Positions 20,813-32,134 are shown, counted from the stretch's first letter. The stretch is DNA of 33,131 nucleotides from Vicugna vicugna (GCA_013265495.1 MU058244.1:312001-345131), one strand, 5' to 3'. Numbers and translations are program-made. Notes: a model not told the origin generated them from the sequence alone.

Positions 20813-21255
20813 CTCCAACTTTGTTCTTCTTTGTCAGGATTCCTTGATCTATTCTGAGCCCCTGGCCTCTTCCACATGAATTTTAGATTGGTTGTCAATT
20901 TCTGCAAACCACCACCTGGGATTTTTGGGAGGAAGAGCTGAAAGTCACCAGGGCACAAGGAAAGTGGGGGATTGGGAAGCCCCAGGTGTCTTGGCTCAGC
21001 AATCAGGGAAGGCAGGGCTGCCTCCTGGGATTTGGGGAGTGGCAGGATCACAGTCCTATGAGGGGCCTGTCAGCCTCAAGGCGAGAGGGGGGTACAATGG
21101 TTGGACAGATGCATCTGGCCTGGGAGAGGGGTCCAGGGAGGAAGGGGAGAGCCCAGATGGGGACAGGTGGGTTACAGCAGACTTCATGCAGGGGACTGTA
21201 GTTCTGATGGAAGCAGCTCAGGGCCAGAGAGGAGTGGCTGTCAGGTGCTCAGCTT

Positions 21256-21762
21256 TGTTACAGAAATGACAGGCCAGCCAAGAAACAAGCACCACTCGGA
21301 GTGTTGGAGTACTCAGATTTATTATGCCGGCGGGCTCAGAGGGGCTTCTGCTCCGAAGCTCTGAGCACCTCCAAGACGTGAGGTTTTATAGGGTTAATTA
21401 CAAGTATGGGGCTATTAGCCAATGAGGTTCAAACAACAAAAAGCAAGAAATCAGTACACTGGAGCTTATCAGTTTGGAACAGATCACGTTACTGACACTT
21501 GTTGAGCTTGGATTTAAGAGTTAGCTTGTTAGCCCAGTAAACTGACACTAAACTTTAGATTTACAAGTTAGCCTGGCAGAACTTATATCAGTAAACTGAC
21601 ACTTATCACACTTAAATTTGTGACTGAGATCGTTAGCCCAATAGACTGACACTAAACTTCAGATTTATGAGTTAGCCCAGCAGAACTCAGATCAGTAATC
21701 TGACACTTGTTGCACTTAGATTTGTGACTTAGCTGTTAGCCCAGCTGGGCTTTTCCTTCACA
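21256..21762 (-). mobile_element. Relatively young ERV1 (gammaretrovirus-like) solo LTR with U3 tandem repeats
   Basis: TG..CA ends with a perfect 4-bp TSD GCTT (21252-21255, 21763-21766). The minus strand has TATAAAA (~21390) then AATAAA (~21322) in LTR order, and there is a CCAAT box at ~21419. Internal ~104-bp duplication. Confidence 0.88.
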
Positions 21763-22837
21763 GCTTCACTCTCCTGTTCCTTTGTAAAGCCACTGTGTCT
21801 GAGTTTGAAACACTGCCAGGGGATCCCTGAGTCCAGTTCTGCCCTGGCTTCATCCAAGGGGCTCAGGTGGAAAACAGAACCACTGCAGGCCCCACCCTTG
21901 TCTCTACAAGGAATGAACCCCATCAGAGCACTGGGCTCACAGACTTTAGGAGACCCCTGCTGTCAGGACTGGTCTTCTTACTTGATCTGGCATGCTGGTC
22001 AGAGATCCAGGCACCCCATCCTGACTCCACCCTCCAGGGCCTGGATCCTGGGACAGCTGGGTAGCAGTGCAAGACCTTCATGTTCCCTTAGCTGCCTCTG
22101 GGTGAGAATGTCTTAAAAGCTGCATTGTCTGATTTCAAAGGTCGGAGTGTTTCCAGCAGGAATAGGGGGAAGGAAGGGGTGTGAGGTTCCTACATCTGCA
22201 GGACCTTCCCAGGGTAAAGAGCTGTGCCTTCCCCTGGCCAGTCCACTCCCCACACCATCCACCTAGGAAACTCAGATCCAGGAGTATGAGGGCCAAGTCT
22301 CTCCCCTTGCTCATCTGTGACTTCCCATTCCCACAGCGAGGAGCCTGGCTCCCACCACCTGCCCTTTATCAACTCATTTCTCTTTTCCAGGTACCATTCA
22401 CAGTCAGAATTGTTAGCCACTACACCCCGGAAAGAACTCTATAATACAAAGCCCACAGGTTAACAGTGGTCCATTCTGCCTTTGCAGAACGATTCTGTGT
22501 GTTTCCAAATTTCACTTAGCTCAGCACCTCTTGCCCCACCACCAACTGAGTTTTTCCACCCATTTCTAATACAGTTAGATTCTGTCACATTGTGTGTTCC
22601 ACCCTGAGATGCTGCTACACCCTAAACAGCTAAATTTGAGTAGATTATGATTGACCTTTGGGCTGTGCAAAGGTGTGGGGTGAAACCTAAAGTTTCACAT
22701 GGAACACTTCAACCCCCCCACCCCCACCCCCTGATCTGCTTGTGTGCATAGTTTTGCCTTTTCCATAATTGTCGTAAATAGGGTCCTACCGTGTGCAGCC
22801 TCCTCAGACTGGATTCTTTCACTTAGTAATATGCAAG

Positions 22838-23459
22838 TGAGACAGGAAGGGGGCAGGGCACAGCCACTCAAGGAATGCCACAGCAGTTAACATCAAAATG
22901 GAGATTCAACCTCCTGTTGGCCTTGAGGCTCAAGATGATGAGAGATTTAACTTCTAGTAGATCTTGAGCTTCATTATACGCCCATTGTAATATATTAACA
23001 TGGTGAATAACACACCCACAGGCACCAGGGCAGTCCCAAGGCTAGCCACAAAAGGTCAAAGGGTGGGAAATGGCCAACTTCTTGGGAATCCCAGCCCCTT
23101 CCCCTTCCCCTTAGACTGGTCCTTCCACTTATTAGCATATGAAGCCACCAAGCCCATAAATACCAGCAACACGCCTCGCAGCCACCCCCCCACCTCTCCC
23201 TCTTCAGAGATGGTCTGCATTCTGTCTGTGGAATGTGTACCTATTTTAATCTGAGCACCCAACCCCGACACCTCATGGTCTTTCTCTTGCCTTTCAATGT
23301 ATCTCTCTGAATAAATCTACCTTTACTCAACTGTGGCTCAATCTTGAATTCTTTCCTGCATGAAGCAAAGGACCCATACTTGGCGGGGTACATGCCAGAG
23401 CCTCAAATGAGACCTGGGACATGGCCCTCCTCATGCCTCGCATCTGGTTTCCTGCATCA
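22838..23459 (+). mobile_element. ERV1 solo LTR, MER41-related, inserted into old L1
   Basis: TGAGAC..GCATCA with a 4-bp TSD CAAG (22834-22837, 23460-23463). TATA-like CATAAATA at ~23155 and AATAAA at ~23310, followed by CTCAATCTTGAATTCTTTCCTGC. Confidence 0.88.
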
Positions 23460-23534
23460 CAAGTGAGACTTACCGTGTCTTTCCGTGGGCTGATGGTTTA
23501 ATGTCTATTGCTGAGAAGAATTCTATTGCATGTG

Positions 23535-23820
23535 TGTGGGAGGAAAACCAGCTTTCCCTCTAGCCTTCTAGGTTCTGGGATGAGACTTCCCAGCCCCTAA
23601 TAAGACAGATTACCGGGAGAAGAACAAACAGGTTTAATAACTTGCATACCTCCTGTACGCAGGGGAGAGACCCAGGAAAACTGAGTCTCTCCCTGAAATG
23701 GCCAGAAGCATCACCTTAAATACACCTTCAGCTGAAAACAAAAGCAAGGCCTCGGGGAGGGAGGAAGTCATTTATGGCAGGTTGTCATGAAAGCACAGCA
23801 AATAAGGGTGTAAGATTTAA
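23535..23820 (-). mobile_element. ERV1 LTR fragment (MER34-like)
   Basis: TGTGGGAGGAAAA..TTTCCCTCTA.CCTTCTAGGTTCT..AGACAGATTA.CGGGAGAA..GGAGAGACCCAGGAAAACTGAGT..CCCTGAAATGGCC..ATCACCTTAAATAC. The same motifs recur at ~32165-32230. Confidence 0.6.
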
Positions 23821-23943
23821 AGTTTGTGTCTCCATTCACTTCATTCGTATGGCTTCCAATTGATTGTTTCTAAGCATTTGGGGAAGTTACAGATATTTGG
23901 CTCTATTTCAGTTTGAATTTCCAGTTTAAAGGATTGAGCAGAG

Positions 23944-24213
23944 CCGCTGTCGGGGCGGGGCCTCGGCTGGCTGTGAGGGCGGCTGGGCCCGCGCTTTCCC
24001 ATTGGCTGGCCGGGCCCAGAGCCCGCCTCCCCCACCTGCGGCGGGAAAGTGCGTCCGTTCTGCCCGAGGATCTGGCGTCCTGCGCACCTGACTGGAGCCG
24101 CGTCTCCTCTGGACCTGCCGGGGCTTCGGGACAACCGGGGGTTATGTCCACGCTGACAGGAGCCCAGTCTCCTCAGGACCCAATAGGAGGTGCTACACTG
24201 AGGGAAGGTGAGG
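23944..24213 (+). promoter_or_regulatory. Small CpG island, a candidate promoter and first exon ending at a splice donor
   Basis: About 22 CpGs in ~210 bp (23944-24152). GC box GGGGCGGGG at 23952-23960, inverted CCAAT (ATTGG) at 24001-24005, CCCGCC at ~24022, and donor AAG|GTGAGG after 24207. Confidence 0.6.
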
Positions 24214-24329
24214 AGGAAGGAAAAGTGAGGGAAAGTGAGGAGAAACTTCCCGTGAGGGGCTGACGGCTGAGGGGAGGCCCTCCTCAGAGGCCCCGGGGGA
24301 GGAAGGGCTGCATTTGGGAAGCTGTGGGT

Positions 24330-25115
24330 TTTAGTCAGGTTCTGTGTGTGGTGCAGAGAGTGTGCCGTGTCCTCCTTTAGCGTGTGGTGTCCAGTTTTCC
24401 CAGCACCGTTCATCGAGGGGACTGTCCTTTCCCCAGTACAGCTTCCTGGCTCCTTTTTTGTGAGTTAACTGACCACATTCCCGTAGGTTTGTTTGTAGAC
24501 TCTCTCTGGTCCATGTCCCTGTTGTTGTGCCAATTCCACAAAGTTTTGGTGACTGTGCTTTTGTGACTGTGCCGTGTGAAGTCAGGGAGGGAGATGCCTC
24601 CAGCCTGTTTTCCTTTTGTAGATTCTCTCTGGCTGTTCAGGGTCCTTTGTGTTTCCACATGAATGTTAGGAATGTTTGTTCTGTTTCTGTGAAAAATGCC
24701 ACAGAAGTTTATTTTATTTTATTGAAGTGTAGTCAGTTCACAGTGTTCTGTTATTTTCTGGTATGGGGCACAGTGATTTGACGAGGCTAGCTTTGAGTCT
24801 GAGCACTGCCTTGGGTAGAATGGGCATTTTAGCCATATTATTTCTGTCCATGAGCACAGGGTATCTTTCCATTTATTTGCGTCTGTTTAGTTTCTTTCCT
24901 CAGTGTCTTAGAATTTTCAGTGTGCAGGTCTTTCACACACTTGATTAAATGTATTCCTAGGTATTTTTTGGATGCACTTGTAAATGAGATTTAAAAAAAG
25001 TCTTTCTGATATTTCATTATTAATGTATAGAAAGACAACTGATTTTTGTGTACTGATTTTATACCTTGTAGCTTTCCTGAAATGATTCATTAGTTCTAAG
25101 AGTTTTTTGATGGTT
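24330..25115 (-). mobile_element. L1 ORF2 fragment (antisense)
   Basis: ORF remnants [26 protein letters not shown] and KKLLELMNHFRKATRYKISTQKSVVFLYINNEISE match L1 ORF2p motifs. Confidence 0.92.
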
Positions 25116-25165
25116 TGATGTGGAAAACTAGAAATAAGAAATCGCCCTGTTTGGACTCCATCCAG

Positions 25166-25265
25166 GTCATCCACAGCACCTAAGACACAGTGGCTCCTAA
25201 TCTTCCCACAGTGCCTCTGAGTTACATGTGGGCTCCTGCAAGGGCGACGAGCATCAGCACTTTGG
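25166..25265 (+). other. Candidate small exon (copy 1 of the duplicated module)
   Basis: Acceptor CTCCATCCAG|G and possible donor TGG|GTGAAT. It is non-repeat sequence paralogous to 31456-31575. Confidence 0.4.
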
Positions 25266-25729
25266 GTGAATTGGATCGCGTTAAGGGTGGGCCTCTATGA
25301 GGAAATCTGATGTCTTCTCTGCTTTTTTGGCGTGGTGCTGACATGGTTGTTTTCAAAAGTAATTTAGTTTCTCATAAAGTTTCTTATACATTTTTCTTAT
25401 AAAGTTGCATATAAAATACTTTAAATAGCATTATGCAGTACTCACATTTGCCACCTCATATGGAACACTCCAGTGGGTCTTACCTAACACTGGGATACTC
25501 CCCCAGGGACCCAGCACATAAACCCCAGGTGAAGAGATTGTATGGCTCACCTTGTAACCCCAGCCGCAGGCCCACTTCAGTCTTCCCCTTTGCCCCAACT
25601 TACAGAAATCCTTTTTTCCATTCTGTGCCAGTTTTCTTTTTCTGGAACTGTTACTGAGAGTTTCCTTCTGTTTCAAAATCTTAATGGATTTAAGGCGCAC
25701 AAGAAGAGTAGGATCTGGGTGGCCTCTTC

Positions 25730-27106
25730 TGTGTGTCTCCTTTCACTTAGAATGTTTTCAATCTTTATCCAGTTTGAATCATTAGTGATTCATTCACATT
25801 TTTCATTGTCATTAAAAATACGGAACATAACATTTACCATGTAAACCATTTAACTATGCAGGTCTATGGTATTCACTAAATTCACATTGTTGTACAACAG
25901 ATGCCTCACCATCCATCTCCAGATCTTACTCACTTTCCCCAAGTGAAGCCCTGTGTCCAGTGAACACTGACTCCCCTCAGCCCCTGGCAGTGACACTCTT
26001 TCTGTCTCTGCATCTGACTTCTCTGGATGCCTTGTATAAGGGGAATCCTGTAATATTTGTCCTTCTGTGTCTAGCTTGTTTCACTGAGCATAGTGACTTC
26101 AAGATTTATCCACGTTGCAGCATGTGTCATAATTTCCTTAGTTTTTAAGGCTGTGAGGTATCCCACTGTGTATACAACACATGCACTTTATCCATTCACC
26201 CACTGATGGACAGGTGAGTTATTCCCACTTTTTGCTGTTGTGATTAGTGCTGCCATGGATACGGGAGCACCCATTTCTCTACCAGTTCCTGCTTTCAACA
26301 ATTTTGAACATATATCCTGAAGTGGCATTGATGGATCATACATCAACCCCATGTGTAAGGTTTTGAGGAGCTCCTGTCTGGTTCTTCACTGTGGCTGCAC
26401 CATTTTAGTCCCTTATATGGGAGAATAACATGGCAGTTTATGGATGTACCCTGTTTGTTTATCTCTTTAGCCTTTGATGGACATTTCAATTGTTCTACCT
26501 TCGGGGCCATTGCGCATAGTGCTGCTGTGAATATTTGTGTGCCTTTTTTTGTTTGAACACCTGTTTTTTATGTTTTGGGGTCTATATCTATGAATATCTA
26601 TGATGGAGTTGTTGAATCGTAAGGTAACTGTATGTTTTTATCTTTTTGAGGAAATGACAAACTGGAAACATGGGCTGCACCATTTTCCAATTTTTCAAGT
26701 AATTCTTTAAAGTTTCAATTTCTCTACATTTTTGCCAATATTTGTTGTTTTAGTTTTCTTGACTGCAGGGCTCCCAGTGTGCTTGGGAGGGACGGCATTG
26801 TGGTATTCACTTACATGTCCATCACGGCTGACTTTTAACATCCTTTCATGTGCTTGTCGACTATTTGTCTTGTCTGGAGAAGGGTCTATTTAAAAAATAT
26901 ATTTAATTTTTAAATCTATTGGCGTTTTTCTTTTCCATTTTATTAGGTAGAATTATTACTGTTTGACTGCACATAAAAATTATATTTAAATACATATATA
27001 CAATATACTGTACTTTTTTTTGTTTATATATAGAGAAGGGTCCATTTAAGCCCTTTTACCATGTTAAAAAATGGATTTTTTTTGTCTTTTTATGAGATGA
27101 GTTGTG
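25730..27106 (-). mobile_element. Adjacent old L1 (L1MA/MB-like) 3' fragments
   Basis: CATAACATTTACCAT.T.AACCATTT, CACCATCCATCTCCAGA, CCCCTGGCA, TTTATCCATTCA..GATGGACA, TTTTGAGGA..CAAACTG. Confidence 0.82.
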
Positions 27107-27262
27107 NNNNNNNNNNNNNNNNNNNNNNNNNNNNNNNNNNNNNNNNNNNNNNNNNNNNNNNNNNNNNNNNNNNNNNNNNNNNNNNNNNNNNNNNNNNNNN
27201 NNNNNNNNNNNNNNNNNNNNNNNNNNNNNNNNNNNNNNNNNNNNNNNNNNNNNNNNNNNNNN
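27107..27262. other. Assembly gap (156 N)
   Basis: Run of N. Confidence 1.
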
Positions 27263-27378
27263 CCCATGGATATATCTGTCGGTGCTCAAGTCCATTATAT
27301 AACATGGTGTAGTATTTGCAAGTAATCTAAGCACAGCTTCCTGTATACTTAAAATCATCTCTAGATCACTTATAATTG
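27263..27378. mobile_element. MER2-like fragment between the gaps
   Basis: GTGCTCAAGTCCATTATATAACATGGTGTAGTATTTGCAAGTAATCTAAGCACA..TCTAGATCACTTATAA, nearly collinear with 14398-14491. Confidence 0.82.
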
Positions 27379-27389
27379 TGAAGTGAAGA

Positions 27390-27688
27390 NNNNNNNNNNN
27401 NNNNNNNNNNNNNNNNNNNNNNNNNNNNNNNNNNNNNNNNNNNNNNNNNNNNNNNNNNNNNNNNNNNNNNNNNNNNNNNNNNNNNNNNNNNNNNNNNNNN
27501 NNNNNNNNNNNNNNNNNNNNNNNNNNNNNNNNNNNNNNNNNNNNNNNNNNNNNNNNNNNNNNNNNNNNNNNNNNNNNNNNNNNNNNNNNNNNNNNNNNNN
27601 NNNNNNNNNNNNNNNNNNNNNNNNNNNNNNNNNNNNNNNNNNNNNNNNNNNNNNNNNNNNNNNNNNNNNNNNNNNNNNNNNNNNNNNN
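27390..27688. other. Assembly gap (299 N)
   Basis: Run of N. Confidence 1.
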
Positions 27689-28300
27689 AAAAAAAAAAAA
27701 ATCAGTCAGTGCATGTGTCTTTTCACATCAGAGTGTTGCTCTGGATACGTGCACAGCAGTGGGATCTTCAGGGGAGGGGGCTTTAGCTCCACCTCTTTGA
27801 TGGATGTCATGGATTATTAGGAATTCTTCTGCATAGATTTCTAGTCAATCCCACTTATTAAAATTTAAAAAAGTCATCATTTAACTTCACCATTGTGGAC
27901 ATCTGGATAGTTATTTCAATCTTTTGGTTATAATCCAGCACTACAGGTTTGGTTGCTCAGTTTATTCCTGCTTTGGCTACTGAGAACTCTCTCATTGGCT
28001 CCTGTTTCCTTTGAGATCATTCCATATTTTGGGTTTTTTCTGCCCTGGAACTTCCTTACTTTCTGATACAAGATTCAGCATGATCCTGGCTCATATATTG
28101 ACTGTCTCAGTCCTTTTCTTCAAAGAGTCCTGATTCCATTAATTAGAGAATGGTATTAAAAACTTACATATGGAAGGAAAATGTTCTCAGCTGACAATGC
28201 AAGGAAATGTGGACATGTGTTCCCACCTCAGTGTATTGTTGTTGCTCAGGGACCACCATCCCCCATCCATCTGCCACAACCACATAGTGTTTTAAATTAA

Positions 28301-28700
28301 AGTTACTGAGAAATGGCCAAAGCAAGAGGGACGCTCTGACCCCTGCTCTATCTCCCTAAAAGCAGAAATAAGTCTCACATGAAAGGTTCAGAGGTGCATA
28401 TAAACATAACTTGTAGCTCCTTTAATTTCCCACCCCAAGCCCAGACTCTGTTTAGATTCTTCATTGAATTCCCAAAAGCTGCATTTCTTTGGGCTGTCAA
28501 TTCCTAACAAATTTATAGTTTTCCAGATGTGTAAAATTGGCCTGTCTTCACTACCTCTCACTTCCCATTTCTATGAGACTTGTGTGTGTAGGAATTAAAA
28601 TGTCTTTTTCTTCTGCTGCTCTGTCTTGTGTGAGTTTTATTATTAGTCCAGCCACAAGAAGTCAAGAGGGAGAGAGAGTGAAATTTCCCCCTCCCCAATA
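28301..28700 (+). mobile_element. ERV1 LTR, MER34-like
   Basis: The 3' end ATTAAAAT..TTTTCTTCTG..TCTGTCTTGTGT..TTATTATTAGTCCAGCCA.AAGAA..AAGAGGG..AAATTTCCCCCTCCCCAATA is typical of MER34-group LTRs. Confidence 0.65.
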
Positions 28701-29559
28701 GTATACACTCCTAACTATAAGGATTTCTATGTGGAAATGTCTGTATTCATATGAAGCAGAGATGGGTTTATAATGATGCCTCCAACTTGATCCATTATCA
28801 TATGGACAGTGTATCCCCCCCCCCCGCTTATCTGTAACTCCCAGTCAGACAGTAGAATCCTGGTTCCCACCAGCTTCCACCCATTCAATTCATTTCTGAT
28901 TCTGCTCCAGATGAGTGGTTTCAGCGTTCTTAGCTCCTGCCCCTGTGGGATGGATCTTACAGGTCCCACTGTTTATGTGCAGGATGTTTTCCCTTTAGGC
29001 TACACAGTCTGTTCATTCCTGCAGTTACTGAGGCTGGCCCCTTCTACTCTACCAGCAGCAGTGAGTGTTTTCATACATCTCTAATACAGACCCTGTGTTA
29101 CATCCTGTACTCCATCCTGTGACACTACCACTTACTCAATCACTTAACTGACTTGTTGGGTCATAGAAACCTATGGGTTTAGGCAAGTGCATAATGGCAA
29201 ATGTCCATCACTAAGTATTGTATGGAATATTTCAAAACCTCTCCATGAGCTGTTTATCACCTCTTAGTTTTCTCTTTCCCCGAATTTCATATAAATTGGG
29301 TCACATAGTGCATATGTAGCCCCTTCAGACTGATTCTTTCACTTGTCAAAGGAAAATCAATGCGGAGTTGGTATTGAGAAGAGAGCTCTGTCCAATGGAG
29401 CCAGGAGCCCATTCAGAAATTGTGACCTACCTTATCAGTTCTCAGCCTGAATCAAATCCTGAGTTTTGACCTGATGAAGCCACCCAGAACATCTGCCAGA
29501 AACTTGTCTATCTGCCAGAAATTATCTATTTATTGCACTCTTGGCCTCAAATAATTCAG

Positions 29560-30200
29560 TACATACTGATCACCTGAGTTTCTAAGCCATTATGAATAGA
29601 CCTCCTGTGCATTACTTGATGTTAGTTTTTGTTTGAACAGTTTTTCAAAGAGGTTGTCTAAATTTAAGAGATGATTTTGTTTTGGATTCTAAGTTGAGAC
29701 TGTTTGGCTTTGGAAGAAACTGCCACACTGTCTTCCAAAGTTGGCCGCACCTGTCTTCCCCTAGGATCTTGAACTAGGATCTTCAGTTTTGTATGGTTAT
29801 TTTCTATCTGTATACCTTCTTTAGCCAGATGTTTGTTTCTATCTTTACCCACTTTTAATGGGGTTGTTTGTTTTACATTTTATTGGTATAACTTGAGTAC
29901 AAATCCTTTATCAGATGCGCATTTTGCAAATACTTTCTCCTAGTTTGTGATTTCTCTTTTGCTTTTATGAATAAGACCTTTCACAGAGTAGACTCTATAG
30001 TTCTATAAAGTCCACGTCATTAATTTTGTGTTGATCTGTAGATAGGTATTTGTTGTTGTGAGTTAAAACTCATCACCAGACCCAAGGTCTTACAGATTTT
30101 CTCCCTTTTCCTTTTAAGATTTTTATAGTTTTGTCATTTAAATTTGTCTATGGGCAATCTTGAGTGAACTTGGCTATCAGTTGCAAAGTTTGTGTCTATA
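29560..30200 (-). mobile_element. Old L1 (L1MC/MD-like) fragment
   Basis: AAGAAACTGCCACACTGTCTTCCAAAGT, AATCCTTTATCAGATG..TTTTGCAAATA.TTTCTCC.AGT, CTCATCACCAGACCCAAGGTC..AGATTTTCTCC. Confidence 0.8.
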
Positions 30201-30302
30201 TTCTCTTCATTCTATACGTTTTTAATTAATTGATCCTTAGCCAGTTTTTGAGACAGCATAGTGAGCTATTTGGAGTGTTTCATTTTTCCAAAGGCACTTC
30301 GT

Positions 30303-30620
30303 AGAGCAGAACTGCATTCAGGATGAGGTCCCTGGGCTTTGTGAACTCAGCGTTCCCTGAACTTTTCTTATGGCCCACAGGGGGGCGCCCAACCCACCTC
30401 TGACCCGCAGGGCACAGGTGCATTCTGCCCATGGACTTGGCCCCTTGCACAGCTGGCAGGGGCTTGGTCTCTTCAGGACTGTCAGGGCTTCGTCTTCTAG
30501 ACAGTGGGGCTGTGTCCATGCTGACATGGGCTGAGTTTCCTTGGGCATCACTGTGAAAAGGCGTCGTAAGAGGGAAAAAGACAAAGTGGGGAGAAGCTTC
30601 CTGTGTGCAGCTGACTGTTC
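30303..30620 (+). promoter_or_regulatory. CpG-depleted paralogue of the 23944-24270 CpG island
   Basis: Collinear with copy 1 (TTCTGCCC..GGA..TGGC..C.TGC.CA.CTG..GGGCTTCG..TGTCCA.GCTGACA..AAAGTG.GGAGAA.CTTCC.GTG..GCTGAC) but with only ~4 CpGs in 30303-30522. Donor-like GTC|GTAAGA after 30565. Confidence 0.6.
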
Positions 30621-30679
30621 AGGGGAGTTCTGTCTTCAGAGGAACCTCAGAAAGAGGTTGATGTGGAAAACTGCGGGGT

Positions 30680-31400
30680 TTTAGTTGGTTTTGTGTGCAG
30701 TGGAGACGGTGACCAGTGATGTTCTTTGGTGCTTGGTGCTCCATTTTCCTGGTGATGTTTATTGAGGGGAGTGCTCCTCCCCTTTTGTATTTCCTTGGTC
30801 CCATTTTCTTGAATTAACTGGCCACAGCCATGTGGGTTTATCTCTGGGCTCTTTATGCTGTTACTCTGATCCGTGTGTCTGTGTTTGTGCCAGTTCCTCA
30901 CTGTTGTGGTTACTACAGCTCCGTGATACAGTTTGATGCTAGGGAGGGAGATGCCTCTGGTTGTGTTCTTAGAACTTCTCTGGCTGTTCAGGGTCCTTAG
31001 TTGTTCTATAATAATAGTAGGGTTGTTCTTTCTATTTCAATGAAGCATATCATTGAATATTATATTGTTGTTGCAGTGAATTTGTTGATAGCTTTGGGTA
31101 GAAGCAATAATTTAATACCAGTAATTCTTCCAATCCATGAGTACAGAATATTTTCCTGTATATTTGTGTCTTCCTTAACTTCTTACTCAATGCTATATAA
31201 TTTTTTGAGTACAGGTCTTTCACATCCTTGGTTAAATTTGTTCCTGGATATTTTGTTCTTTTTGTTACAATTATAAATGTGATTGTTTCCTTGAATTTTC
31301 CTTCTGATAGGTTATTATTACTGTATAGAAATGCAACTGATTTTTGTACATTGGTTTCATATTGAACTTTACTGAATTTATTTATTTTACCAACTGTTTG
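30680..31400 (-). mobile_element. L1 ORF2 fragment (antisense), paralogous to 24330-25115
   Basis: ORF remnant WHKHRHTDQSNSIKSPEINPHGCGQLI. It shares AGGGAGGGAGATGCCTC and TTCTCTGGCTGTTCAGGGTCCTT with copy 1. Confidence 0.9.
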
Positions 31401-31455
31401 TTAAGTGTTGTGGAAAATTGTAATGTTAAAATCTCACTGTTTCTCCTCATCCCAG

Positions 31456-31575
31456 GTCGTGCACAGGATCCAAGGCTTGCTGGCTACTGGTGTACTCCTC
31501 CCACAGTGCCTCTTAATAACAAGTGGACTCCTACGAGGGCGATGAGCATCACAACTTCGGTTGACCTTGGTCTGG
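31456..31575 (+). other. Candidate small exon (copy 2 of the duplicated module), 120 nt
   Basis: Acceptor TGTTTCTCCTCATCCCAG|G and donor TGG|GTGAGT. One frame is open (GRAQDPRLAGYWCTPPTVPLNNKWTPTRAMSITTSVDLGL); no recognised homology. Confidence 0.5.
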
Positions 31576-32134
31576 GTGAGTCTTGGCTTCTAGAACAAGG
31601 TTGGAAGTCTGTCTTATCAGCTTCTCTGTCGTGGTATTGATATGGTTGTTTTGAAAAGTAGTGGACTTTTCAGTAATTTCTATGATGGTAAAAACTACTC
31701 ACAGTTGTCCCTTTATACAAAATACCGTAGGGTGCTTTACCCCAAACAGGGTTAGTCTCCCGAGGAGCCATCATATAACCCATCAGTGGAGAAGCCATGT
31801 GGCGTCTGCATCACTGTGTGACCCGCCGGCCCCTTCAGCTGTCACCGCTTGGTCCAGCTGCTTATTCTCTGTTTCTGGGTTTGCTAATGAGACTCTCACT
31901 GTGACAACCTTGATGGATGTGAAGCACACACGATGACCATGTGATCTGGGAGAATTTTATGGCTCTTTTCACTAGGGATCTTTTCAATGTTTGTTAATGG
32001 TGTAAGTTGTATCAGTTCTACATCCCTACGTGATTTTCACTCTGATTAAAAATACATATGACACTTTTTAATTGAAGTCATTTCAGGTACACATTTCTGT
32101 GGTATTAACTACGTTTACATAATTGTACAAACAA

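Noticed and set aside
21490..21745. Spaced direct repeats resembling a CRISPR array
   Set aside because: The intervening sequences are themselves repeated, the tract lies inside a TSD-flanked LTR, the context is mammalian, and there are no cas genes.
22834..23469. 10-bp direct repeat CAAGTGAGAC as the LTR target-site duplication
   Set aside because: It is better explained as a 4-bp TSD (CAAG) plus chance identity between the LTR start (TGAGAC) and the target sequence.
27056..27820. ORFs containing X runs
   Set aside because: Artefacts of the assembly gaps.
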